This document shows positions 12,329 to 24,352 of a stretch of 64,000 nt of DNA, one piece after another. Numbering within the stretch: the stretch's first letter is position 1; each line of letters starts with the position of its first letter. Where the stretch lies: the NCBI GenBank assembly GCA_030390025.1, contig CM059432.1:70558001-70622000 (forward strand). Direction: 5' to 3'. A model generated the notes under the pieces. That model made no database searches, had not been told where the DNA came from, and worked only from the letters and a program-made list of their open reading frames with translations. A program made the translations under genes and the position numbers. The DNA is from Squalus acanthias. Taxonomy: Eukaryota.

Positions 12329-13043
12329 GCCCAGGTGGTTGCTGGAGTATGGAATGACTTAAAGAAATTTGCTGGGATAACGACAGGGAGCATATACTTC
12401 CTTGCAGTTTAATACATGCTAAAATAGCCCTGGTGCAGCAGTTTGTGGTTACATCTACATATAAACTGTTCTAATAAGAGACTAAGTTCTAAGTTTCTGG
12501 GGGGGTGGAGTTATTTATGAACATATCGTGTTAAGCCACCAAACACACACTTCTCATGTCTGTTCCTCTCTCACGCAGCCCCATAAAAGCATAGCAAAAG
12601 AAATTCTCATTTTGGTCATATCGTCACTGAACCACCTGTGTCACCCCACCCCCCACACTAATCAAACCCATTTTGTACTGCACCATCCCCCCCACCCCCC
12701 ACCCCCACCCACTGAGCAGGAAGTCTGAGCCTGGCAGAAACCTTAACTCTCTACTTCCCCCTCCCACCAAATGTGGTGTAAGTCATGGCCAGCAAAAAAA
12801 CCTCAGACAAGCTGTCTTCCCTGCGCACACCCCACCCCCACCCCCCCACCCCAAACCACCATTCTCTAGTATATTATATTTATGGTATGCCCAGGTGGTT
12901 GCTGGAGTATGGAATGACTTGAAGAAATTTGCTGGGATAACGACAGGGAGCATACTTCCTTGCAGTTTAATACATGCTAAAATAGCCCTGGTGCAGCAGT
13001 TTGTGGTTACATCTACATATAAACTGTTCTAATAAGGGACTAA
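12329..13043. repeat. About 156-bp near-perfect direct repeat pair flanking about 400 bp
   Basis: 12329-12485 vs 12889-13043: two substitutions and one 2-nt indel. Confidence 0.92.
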
Positions 13044-15174
13044 TATATGCATGCTCATTCAAGATTATATATTGTGATTAATTCCCCTTTACCAGACTGG
13101 AAGGCAGACCATGATTGGTTTATAAACTTGTGTCCTGATCCATGTATGCTGGCTTGATACTTCCCAAATTAATACCACTAGCAACCTTCAATCTCCTCCA
13201 AAGACCGAGGAAGCTAGTGTCCTAGCACTCTATGCTGATCGTAGACACTAATCCAACCGTACCATCTAATCCCCTAGGTAAGGGGGTCTATTAATTAGCA
13301 TTGTGGCAAAGTTCTTTGTATATTGTTCCAAGACGAACTAGGTTTTCTTTTGAAAGTATAATTAAACTGAAATTTGCTTTGAGGGTGGCAATTGAGTTAA
13401 CATTGCAATAAATTGCTTGTGTCCAACTATACTCCAGTTATACTACCCTAAACGGTTTTGATGTCATGAATGATGTAAATGGGTGGCATCTATTGTACTG
13501 TTCATTTCATTCTCTGGCACAGGAGAAGAGCTCTGTGCTTGAGTATCTAATTGGATATACAGAGCTTTGCACACTAACTTATGACCACCAGTGGAATATC
13601 CAGTAAGAGGAAGGAGCTGCTTGTGAGGTTGCCTTTTGATAGTCTCACGGCTGCACTTTTCCCCCCCTGGAATTCAATAACATTTTACTGCATATTTGTC
13701 CTGCACCAATGCTAAATATGCAATATAACTGGAGCATTAGAAACAAGGCTCATTGTAAGAGAGAGCAGATGAGCCATTGTTAGGGGAAATTCATTAGCTG
13801 ATTAAATGTGCCCTATGCATTGATTGCTATTTGTTACTGTAAAATGTTATAGTACTCCAGCATCAGCTAAAACTGTTCTCAAATTAAACTGACTAATGTT
13901 TCCTGATGCAAGATGTTTTCATTTTCGAAGTGTTATGTTATCTTGTACCAATTACTCTATGGGTATGTGTCACATACAAGTTAAATAGAATGCAGCGTAC
14001 AATATTGGATGTTCCTTAGCGAAAAGAAATAGTACATCTGTGTTTTCAAATAGTTGGAAATCAGAATTGCGACTGTTTTTATTCACACTTGAAAATCACT
14101 ATCTTAATTTTCACAGCAAGTTTATCAATGAATGATCAGGATCAATGCTTTACATTGTCTGGAAAAAGACAAGTTTGATTTTATTACATGGATTCTGTAT
14201 TTTTGCTGTCTTGTGGATTGCATACAATGACTCAATTTTTTTTCCCATTTTAAAAACTGCAAATGGCCTTGCTCCTTATTTAATGACATCATCAGACCCG
14301 ATCTACATATTTAAAGAAGGATCCTTGTGCCTGCTTGTGGACAGACTAAAATTGGCATACGGTGGGAAGACAGTGGAATTGGTGGGGTGGGGGGTTAGTG
14401 AACAGCCTTTTTTCAACTGTCCTTCCGCCAGGTAGGGGGAGTTAAAATCGGGGCCCATGTCTTTCACACACACCTTTCCATGCACTTATCCAATCTTTTT
14501 GAAGGTGAACTGAGGCCCTTAGTGTGATGAGGCCAGATACAAATAATTAAGCTGCTTTATTTCACTGACATAGTCACAGCAAATTTCACTTACTTAGCTC
14601 AATCTCTCTTCTCTCAAATATGGGGGGGAGGGGGGGGGAAATGTAAACCACATGCCCTGTCATGTTCATGGGCTGACTTGCCTGTTTTGGGCATTATCTT
14701 TCTTTCACACTACTGCTAACTATAAAAACCTCCTGCAGCTTTTAGCTGTATGCTCCAAGCCCAGGGCTGTGCGCCAAGGTCTGTTAAAACCTCTCTGCCT
14801 GTGTTGCCCTTTATCCCTCCAGCAGGGAGAGGGGTGTGATGTTGATTTCCTCCCCATAGTGTGATTTTCCGGTTGATCTGTTAATAAAACTGCAACCTCT
14901 CCTCTTTCCTTGGGGTGTGATTTTTAAAGCAGCCATCTCCTGCTAAGGGGCCTGGAATGAGGCAGTTGATAGTTGTATCAATCTGAAGCAGACAGTGATC
15001 CACAACATTTAACAAACAGGCATGTCTGATTTCAATAGACATCTTCAATGCCTGTACCCTGTGACTTTCCCATTTTTTAAATCTGTGCAAATTCATTTTA
15101 TTTCAAAACATAATGCTTAAGCTCTAAAACATTCCATAATCCTTTCCGTCAAGAAAAAAATCAGAAATCCCACG

Positions 15175-15765
15175 AACATGCAAAAATGACAGACAGGAAA
15201 AGACTCACAAAAATGACAGATAGGAAAAGACCCACTGGGCCATCCAGCCTGTCCAACACAGTGGTGATGTTTTATGCATCATGATACATACACTCCCCAT
15301 CCACCCTGAGCTATTAAAAAAAACAGGCCTATTGGGGGATCAGAGGGTTGTGAATCTTTGGAATTCTCTACCCCAGAGAGCTGTGGAGGCTGAGTCATTG
15401 AATATATTCAAGGTTGAGATAGACAGATTTTTGAACTACATGGGAGTCAAGGGTTATGAGGAACAGGCAGAAAAGTGGAGTTGAGGCCAGTATCAGATCA
15501 GCCATAATCTTATTGAATGGCGGAGCAGGCTTGAGGGGCCGAATGGCCTACTCCTGCTCCTGTTTCTTATGTTCTTAGAGGATCAAAACTAATCCAGGAG
15601 ATCACATTTGCTCTGATTTACGTTCCAGGATACCTCGCTTGTATGAGGTGATCTCCACCCCAGCCAGAAATAGGTCCAGCTTTCGCTTGAAGGGATTCAG
15701 CAAATCAGCTTTCATCACATGAGCTGGCAACCTGTTCCACAGGTCCACTATTCTCTGGGACAGGA
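15175..15765. mobile_element. Composite: minus-strand CR1-like 3' end split by a plus-strand CR1 3' end (about 15340-15577)
   Basis: gacaggaaaagac...catccagcctgtcc matches 30495-30530; QRVVNLWNSLPQRAVEAESL plus tcttatgttctta tail; outer element resumes with ccaggagatcac. Confidence 0.8.
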
Positions 15766-15918
15766 GTATTGCTGTCTATTGATTTTCAACTACAGGTGCC
15801 GTTCCCCTGGCACCACGTATGTACTCTGGCCACATCAGTGGGAAGCCGAGAATTACAATTTTGTAATTGAATGAATGCCACTCCAGAGGCACCAAGGCTG
15901 GCAAGAGGAAATTATATT

Positions 15919-16615
15919 GGCCCAGAAATTAAAGACGGAGCCTTCCTGCGGGGGTAAGGCTTCCCCGCGATATTTCACTGCGCGCCTGCCTTTTCGTTCT
16001 GAGCTCACACAAACTTTCAAGACTGCAGCTGGGCAGTGCTTGCGTATCCCACAGACGCAGTTAATTCGTGTGAGCTGTGGGATCACGTGATTCAGTTAGA
16101 GCCAATGGCAGCACACCATCTTTCATTCATAGTTTTCACAGCAAGGGCTGTGAAAGCTATGAATCTATACCCCCCCCAAAAGAACAGCTAAACCTCAATT
16201 AAATTTTTTTTAAAAACCATTAACCACTTTAAACAAAAAATTAAATTTTTGAAAAAATTTAAAATCTTTTTAAAAGTTATAAAAATAAACTTACCTTTCT
16301 TTAAAGTCTCTAAAAAAGATATACCTGTTGAGAAAAATTCAAAATAATACTTAATTAACTACTTACCTTGTTAAAAGAGGGTCTTACGCCTCCTTTCTTT
16401 ATGTGCAAAATCTTCCATGCTTACCTGCGCGTTCAAAGCACTAAGTGCACTGCGTGGGCGCAGCCTGTAGCGCGCACGCGGTTCACTTAGGAACCGCCCC
16501 CTTTTGAAATCACCAAGTGCCGGTTTGCAGCGCATGCAGAAAACCGGCAATTGGAGACAGAATACGCGAGAGTACACAGCGTGTACTCTCGCGTAGTGAC
16601 ACTAATTTTTGGGCC
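15919..16615. mobile_element. About 700-bp Harbinger-type MITE, family A copy 1
   Basis: GGCCCAGAAATTA ... TAATTTTTGGGCC, ATT TSD both sides; AT-rich core with aaaataaacttacctttctttaaag shared with 53002-53721. Confidence 0.87.
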
Positions 16616-17760
16616 ATTGAGTGCTTTTTGCTTCCCATCTAAATGTTAGTCTTCTCCTTCTAAATACAGTTTAAACTCTATTGAAGTACAAGTAATTACA
16701 ATTTAAACTACAATCTGGCTGTATTCTGAATCTGACTACAGCAGCTTGGCTGAAATATATTTGCAAAGTACAAATAAAAAAATTAATTCAAGGCCGAAAA
16801 ATGGATACATGGAGTGCCTTAAACAGTGAGGAAAGAGTAAAAGATATGTATGTGTGAGGGATGGTTTGTTTGAGTAAAATGATCATACTATCTTCTGTCT
16901 TAGGCATACTATCAGTGTTCTTCTGGTTACCCTGACCCTGAACAAACCATGGGAGTTGTATTTCAAAAAGTAGATCTGAGTTTGGGGGAAATAGCATAAG
17001 GTGGGACACAATTCAGTCTCATACATCAGTGAAAAGATAATTTAACTAGGATCAGCGGAACTTCTTTGGATATTTTCTCTTTGTGCATCCAATGAATGTC
17101 AGAGTTTAGAATGCAACTCTGGAAAATATGACTGATTTTGGTGAAACTGCATGAGAATAGCTGACAATTGTTGATGTTGTTTGGAAAGTTACCATCAATT
17201 GCATTCTGACCTGGTTACTTGTTATGCATGCTATGTTGTAGAAGTAAAATTGTTCAAGCTTTGGAGCTAAAGAGCATTTGGTGTTCAGATGATTACAATT
17301 CTTCTTGGGAAGATGAAAGAACTCTCTGAACTTTTAATCATTGATGGCACAGTGCAAACATTAAAAATGGAGGTATTTATTACCTATATTTCTTAGTTTG
17401 AACACCTGTAGTACAGTAGATTAATTTCTATTGAAGAATATGAGTAGTAACATGGATAAAAAAGGACCGGAAAGATTAAAAGGTCAATTTAAAGTGAGGT
17501 AGGAAAAAAGGCCAACATGGGGGGAGGGGGAGACTGGAGGAGGAGAGTGATTTTGCAGAAGTAAAATTGCCACCCAAGACTTGAGATACTTTGAGTAATA
17601 GCATTCTGATTGTTGTATCTTCAACGGCAACTTTGAAGTTGGGGAATGCAGGGCTGTAGTATTTGATTATCAACATTGTTTTTGCAAATCGTTGAATAAA
17701 TGTAACTTGTAAACCTTTAGTTCCTCATACATTTCTGGAAAAGTGTCTTTAATACACAAA

Positions 17761-17888
17761 GGGGGTGAAATTGATCATGGGCGGTAGCACAAAATGGGCG
17801 ATAGCGAATCAGTAGCTTGTTTTACACCCCACCCGATTTATTTTTTTCTATTGAAGTACCATTACTGCCTAAGACTAATTTCACCCCC
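17761..17888. mobile_element. About 130-bp MITE just upstream of the first LYN coding exon
   Basis: GGGGGTGAAATT ... AATTTCACCCCC perfect 12-bp TIR; TSD not preserved. Confidence 0.72.
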
Positions 17889-17946
17889 CGAAGTGTTCAT
17901 GATGTAGAATTTGTAGAATTTACCAATTTATTGTTTTACAGAAAAT

Positions 17947-18066
17947 ATGGGATGTATAAAGTCAAAGAACTCCATTGAAGAACCAAAAGAATTGAAAGAA
18001 AAACCAGTACGTAAATCTGAACCAACTATTTATGTGAGAGATCCCACATCCAATACACAAGTGCCA
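17947..18066 (+). CDS. LYN: LYN first coding exon (exon 2 equivalent): SH4 + unique domain
   Basis: ttttacag|AAAAT ATG acceptor (exon starts 17942). Translates MGCIKSKNSIEEPKELKEKPVRKSEPTIYVRDPTSNTQVP, then gtaagt donor at 18067. MGCIKSK (Gly2 myristoyl, Cys3 palmitoyl) and TIYVRDPTS match mammalian Lyn. Confidence 0.96.
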
Positions 18067-18294
18067 GTAAGTAGTGAAGTGAAGGGGAATCTTCATGGCA
18101 CAAAGCTAGATACATGCATGACTGGCATATCTAAAAATCCATTGTCCTGATCACAATTCTATGAACTAAAACTTCTGATTTACTTTATTTACCAGTTATC
18201 TTTTCATCACAAATGACTAGTGCTGTATATCATTTTAAACAAATTACAGGAACACCACTGAATTAAAAGTCAATTTAGATATTAATGTATTCCT

Positions 18295-18830
18295 CTCCTC
18301 CAAGGCTCCCCACTGCCCTAGCCCCAAACTTGCATCTTTCTCTCTTTCCCCTTCTATCTACCCTTATGCCCCTCTTCAAGATCATTTCGTCCATAAGACC
18401 TACCTCTTGCTCCTTTGCCCCCACGTTAGCTGATAGTATAAATGGTTCCCTCTCCTTGGATTAAAAAACTGCTGTCGTCATCCCCCTCCTCAAAACATCC
18501 AACCTCAACCCCTATGTCTTTGCAAACTACTGCCCCATCTCCAATCTCCCTTTTGCCTACAAAGTCATTTAACATGTTGTCACCTTCTTAATCTGTGCCC
18601 ATCTTTCCCCTAATTCTATGTTTGAACCTCTCCAATCTGGTTTCTGCCCCTGCCACAGCCATGAAACGGCCCTAACAGAGTCACATATGACATCCTCTGT
18701 GACTGACCATGGTGCACTATCCCCCCTTGACCTTTCTGCAGCCTTTGACATAGTTGACCACACCATTCTCCTCCAATGTATGGTTCAGTGGGATTGCCTT
18801 TGCTTCGTTCCCCTCTTGCCTATCTAATCG
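18295..18830 (+). mobile_element. L2-clade LINE RT fragment
   Basis: MFEPLQSGFCPCHSHETAL and LDLSAAFDIVDHTILL. Confidence 0.85.
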
Positions 18831-18831
18831 T

Positions 18832-19460
18832 AAAAATAGGAGTAGGCCATTCAACCCCGTTCCACCATTCAGTTAGATCATGGCTGATCTATACCTCAAC
18901 TCCATTTAACCGCCTTAGCTCCATATCCCTTGATAACCTTACCTAACAAAAGTCTATCGATCTCTGTCTTGAAAGCTCCAATTGTCCCAGCATTCACAGC
19001 CTTTTGGGGGAGAGAATTCCAGATTTCTACTACCCTTTGTGTGAAAAAGGGCTTCCTGATTTCCTTCCTAAATGCCTGGCTCTAATTTTAAAATCACGTC
19101 CCCTCATTCTTGATTCCCTCACCAGAGGAAATAGTTTTTCTGTATCTACCCTATCAAATCCTTTTAACATTTTAATCACCTCGATCAGATCACACCTCGA
19201 TCAGATCACCCCTCAATCTTCTATAGTCAAGGGAATACAAGCCATGTGTATGCATCCTGTCTTATTTGTCCCTCTAAGCCCTGGTATAATTCTGGGGAAT
19301 CTGCGCTGTACCCCCTCCAAGGCCAATATATCCTTCCTGAGGTGTGGTTCTGAAATTGAATGCAGTACTGCAGATGATGTCTGATCAAGGCTCCATACAA
19401 CTGAAGCATGACTTCCTCACCTTTGTAATCCAGCCCCCTTGAGATAAGTGTCAATGTGGT
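18832..19460 (-). mobile_element. CR1 3' fragment
   Basis: ISRGLDYKGEEVMLQLYGALIRHHLQYCIQF; 3' UTR aataggagtaggccattc...agatcatggctgatct. Confidence 0.85.
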
Positions 19461-20428
19461 GTCCAAAATGGAATATAATTAATGTAATGCAGTGGCACTC
19501 TTAGTCTCTTCAACTTGTACTTGCTGCTTTAGCTATTACCCTAAAACTGTATTCAGTAATGGCTCTTCACACTAAAGACTTGTGTACTGTTTTGCTCAGA
19601 AAAGGGTTTCGATACTGTCTCTTCCGAAGGTTCCCTTGATTGTGTCATTTCAGCTAATATTTAATAATTTCCTTTACTTTACATTTATAAACATTAAACA
19701 TTTATGCGCTAAATAGGCTAAAGCGCCATCATATAATTTGTTTTAGTTCAGAGATTCCGAGTGGTAACTCTTTGAGCTGGCATTGTTGCAGTGGAATGAT
19801 TACAGCATTAGTTCATCCACATTAACCTTGAAACTTGATCATTGACCCATAGTATGCTATGCTTTGAAAAAATGACTTCTTCAATTGTCTGCACTTCTGT
19901 TAAATTTAATATAATCATATATTCTCCTGGTCTGTTGGGGAACTTGCATGAGAAGCTTTTATCAGATCTCTGGTTGCAATTAACGCACAACTGTTGGAAG
20001 GTTCTTAGGTGGGGAAGCAAATTAATCGATCAATGCAGTGAGAATTATTTTTTCTAAATAATAGAATTAATGCATTTACATTTAAGAGATATTTGAAAGC
20101 ATTCTCTCTTGTGTTCTTTCAATGCATCCATGATGCCTCACTTCCAACATTTGACATGGATAAAATGATTTGGGTTGGGCAGCTGTGGTGCCATGTGCTT
20201 TAATGCTTCCTTTTTCATTCTAAGTAGTGTTTGTGGGCAGATTGTTCATTCTTACATCTATATGTAAACCTAATGAACATTTGATTGCTTTGTATGTTGA
20301 TATGAGAGAAATAATCCAATGTTCATTGTTTGGTTTGGGGAGGCGATAAACTAATGAGCTACATTTAAAAAAAATTAACATTTTGGCATTTACAATATTG
20401 GAGTTCTTGAATAAATATCTTGTTTCAG

Positions 20429-20483
20429 AATTCAAAGAAGGATTCTCATCTTTTACCTGGCCAGAAGTTTCAGAAATTTGAAG
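20429..20483 (+). CDS. LYN: LYN exon 3 equivalent (unique domain), 55 nt
   Basis: tgtttcag| ... |gtaaat; phase 0 to 1; NSKKDSHLLPGQKFQKFE resembles Lyn ESQLLPGQRFQ. Confidence 0.9.
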
Positions 20484-20549
20484 GTAAATTTGAGAAGCTT
20501 TATATGGGCATGGAATTTTTCTTTCTATTTTGATTTGCAATAAAATTAA

Positions 20550-20672
<123 letters not shown>

Positions 20673-20957
20673 TAAGTACTAATTTTCTCTCTCTCTCTCT
20701 CCTCACCTCACTCACTCACGCACACCACCGCATTAAGAAAAATTGTGCAGTGCTGGCATTAAGTTAATGAAATTAATGAAATTATTGTCTTGCTTTAGCA
20801 TATTATGCCTACCTGCATCAGCTGATAGTGGGTGGCTGACAGAAATACCTCTGCCAGTGTGGGAAAAACTGTCTGTGCTCTGGTTGCACAAAGTACAAAC
20901 ATAAGTCATTGCCATCAGAAACTCAGAAGATCAATCATTTACCAGAAAGGGTACCAT

Positions 20958-21777
20958 TGGAGAGAATGGTGAGAATGTGGAACTCCTTACCACAGGGAGT
21001 GGTTGAAGTGGATAGTATAGGGGAGGCTAGACAAGCATATGAAGGAAAAGGGAATAGAGGGTTATGCTGATAGTTAGATAAGGAAAGACAGGAGGAGGCT
21101 CGAGTGGAGCATAAACGCCAGCACGGACTGGTTGGGCTGAATGGCCTGTTTCTGTGCCATATATCCTATGTAATCCTATGTAATATAATCCTATGAAATA
21201 ATTTAAATTGAAAATACTGTTTTTAAAAAAAAAAATAGAAATTTCAAGAATTGTGTCCCACTCACTCTCACTGAATCAAAGTTCCATGCTCTTCTCGTAT
21301 TTCATAGTCCACTGGTCTCTCACTGTTGGTATACCTATCAGGAAAGGATGAACAGGCTGGGTCTCTTTTTTTTCTTGAAAAGAGAAGGCTGAGGGGTGAC
21401 CTACTAGAGGTCTTTAAAATTCTGAAAGATTTTGATGGAGTAGATAGTGTTTCCACTTGTGGAGAAAAGCAAAACTAGAGGCCATCAATATAAGATAGTC
21501 ACCAAGAAATCAAATAGGGAATTCCGAAGAAACTTCTTTACCCAGAGAGTGGCGAGAATGTGGAACTCACTACCACAGGAAGTGGTTGAAGCGAATAGTA
21601 TAGATGCATTTAAGGGCAGTTAGATAAGCATATGAGGGAGATGGGAATAGAGGGTTATGCTGATTGTGTTAGATGAGGAAAGATGGGAGGAGGCTCGAGT
21701 GGAACATAAACGTTGGCATGGACTGGTTGGGCCGAATGGCCTATTTCTGTGCTGTATATCCTATGTAATCCTATGTT
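20958..21777 (+). mobile_element. Two tandem CR1 3' ends with (ATCCTATGTA)n tails (about 20958-21195 and 21325-21777)
   Basis: Both contain gagaatgtggaactc..taccacagg...gaatggcct.tttctgtg..tatcctatgtaatcctatgt; same family as 27590-28620. Confidence 0.88.
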
Positions 21778-22603
21778 TCATTTAAATATGTCTGGTACCT
21801 ATACTTCCAAGGTAAATGCTTTCAAAATAAGCAATAATGAGTCAAACTTAGTAGTTCCTTTCAGATTTGACTTGACCTTTCACAGATTGACAATGCATTG
21901 TCACTGACTGATGCACATGTAGTCAACCTTGTATTACCCTTACCATGACCTGGATTCGGATTTGCGAGTTATGTAGCCCACTTTAGTGCTTTTATTTTTC
22001 AATAAACCACAATCCTGTTGTGTGTCCTCCATACCACCTATAATATCACAATAGCCTGAACAAACTGCCATACAATTTGAGTGCTGTGTTTAATCAGGAA
22101 AGGTGTGCAGCTTTTGTATATGATATCACAAAAGGGTTGAATAATTGGATTTTACAATTTGATACCACTCAATTTTATTCTGTGTACTTTTCATTTAGCA
22201 TAATCTCACTAACAGTGTTGGCTGTGTAAATGGAGAAATACTACCTGATTTGAAGTTTTTGCAGAAGGCTCAGGAGGCCATTTTATTTTCATTGTCGTAT
22301 AGCTACCATGTGTGGGTAAGGTTACTGTCCTCAAGCTCAGGTGTTGGGGAAGGAAAACAAAAATTGTTGAGTACAGGGTTTTCCGCGGGCCTCCTGATTG
22401 ATTTACATTTCCCACCCACAGCCAGCCAGATTGAGAGGCTGGCTGGCTGGCTGAGTGGGTAGGCCTGTGGCACTAGGCCGCACAGAGGGGGAAGGGAGGG
22501 AGGGATCGCACGGGGGCCAGGGGGCAGCCTGAGGAGCACTGGGTGGGGGGGAGGCGGGAGGTCGGGAACGATCGGGGGTCAGGAGCAGCCCTGGGGGGGG
22601 GCC

Positions 22604-22802
22604 GGGAGCAGCACGGGGGCGGTTAGTGCTCTGGAACAATTGGGAGCTGGGAGCAGCACGGGGTGGGTGGGGTTAGTGCTCGGGAACGATCGGGGGCCGG
22701 GAGCAGCACGGGGTGGGTGGGGTTAGTGCTCGGGAACGATCGGGGGCCAGGAGCAGCACGGGGTGGGTGGGGGGGGTTAGTGCTCGGCAACGATGGGTGG
22801 CC
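22604..22802 (+). repeat. G-rich minisatellite, about 50-bp unit x4, inside a GC-rich MITE-like element (about 22375-23260)
   Basis: Unit gggagcagcacggggtgggtggggttagtgctcgggaacgatcgggggcc; host element ends ggttaaaattccccc. Confidence 0.88.
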
Positions 22803-24352
22803 GGAGCCCCACATCGGGGGCCGGAGGAGCACAGTGGGTGGGGGTAGGCAGATGACATCAGAGGGCCGCAGGAGCATGGGAAGGCCTCATGGGGGCACTC
22901 TCACATCGCGGGGTTGGGTTTGGTCGGGACACTGGGTCCAGGAGATTAGTGTAAAGGCACTTATCCTCCTAGGTCCAGCAGTCCTCGCCTTCCATTAGCT
23001 GGCGGGTTTCACGAGGCCTGCAAAACCTGACCAGCTAAAGTTAGATTCAAAATGGAGGTCAAATCTGAGTCTTTCAGCCTCATTATAATATTTAAATTGA
23101 AGACCCACCTACTGGGAGGGGGTTGGCTGCTTGTCCCCCGTTACCCCATCCCACTTCAGTTAAAACTGGAAGTGGGTGGGTTCTGGTCGGGATTCAGATT
23201 TTTAACATTGACTTCCCGCACGACCCCAACCTACCCTTTTTTTTAGGTTAAAATTCCCCCCAACTTAGCAGATATGGCCAATTAAGCTCCCAGGTTTGTT
23301 GTCAATACTTTGTCCTATTTTCAGAAGAGGATTTCACATCTCCACACCATGGAAAATCTACCCAGTGTCTCTTGGTGCCATAGCATGTATGCATTGCTGG
23401 GAAGGAGGAAGAGAACAGATTCAACCCCAACTATTTTAAGAATGAGAGCGTCACTAAAATTGGGTTAGCTACTTCCCTCCCTACCCGTCAAAAGCCTATA
23501 ATTTCAACCACACTTTTTTGTCACTTCTGCTAGCAATTGATCTATGTTCTCCTATGTGATGTGCTTTTGGGCATTTTATTATGATAAAGGTACTATACAA
23601 ATGAAAACTCTTTGTAGGTTTCTGCTTTAGGTATAGCTTTTTCACATGTGGTTCTCGGTTCATTCAGTTGCCTCACTTATTCCAGTGTCAAAGTGTGTAT
23701 ACCCACGTATTCTTGTTGTTTCCTGAGAGGTCAGAAACTTCCTGACTAACAACGTAGTTCCTTTGGATACCAGGTGACATTGACTGAAGTCAGTATGTGA
23801 TGAGGATTTGATCTGCTAGCCATATGCATTCTGTGCTGAATCATGCCCTTTTCTCGGCCGTTTAGACATCTTCCTATTACAAGGAATAAATGTTAGATAT
23901 TGCTCCTTCCCCAGATGTTATTATAAAAGTTAAATGTTTCCATTTTATAAAACTATCAGCAATTTGGGCTATCAATTCACAAAATACAGCAAAGTTAACA
24001 AATCAAGCAGGGTTTTATCAGAAATTATTCACCGTTTCAAATAAAGTTTCAGGAAAAAAAAAAATTACATTTTCATTCTTTCTTCAAGACCAGAGTTAAA
24101 CATTTGCTTGTTTGAAATGTAAGCTGAATAGTGGAGCATGGATATCAATTGGGAACTAGAGATTAGAGTTTAACAGCCTTCCTCCAGAAACAGATATGTT
24201 GAATATTTCCTGGTTGATGTGAAGGAAAAAAATGGGGCTTACCAGCTTACATTTTCCTTCTCAGCACCACTGGAGTTCTGTTCCAAAAATAAGTCTAGAA
24301 CTTCAGTTTTCTTGATTTTTAAATAGCTGTGTAAATTAAATTTAGCTACAGT

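Noticed and set aside
12329..13043. TRIM/LTR element or Helitron (CTAG-T near 12866)
   Set aside because: No TG...CA ends, TSD, PBS or clear subterminal hairpin; kept only as an unexplained duplication.
22604..22802. CRISPR-like array
   Set aside because: Contiguous tandem units without unique spacers, no cas genes, eukaryotic intron.
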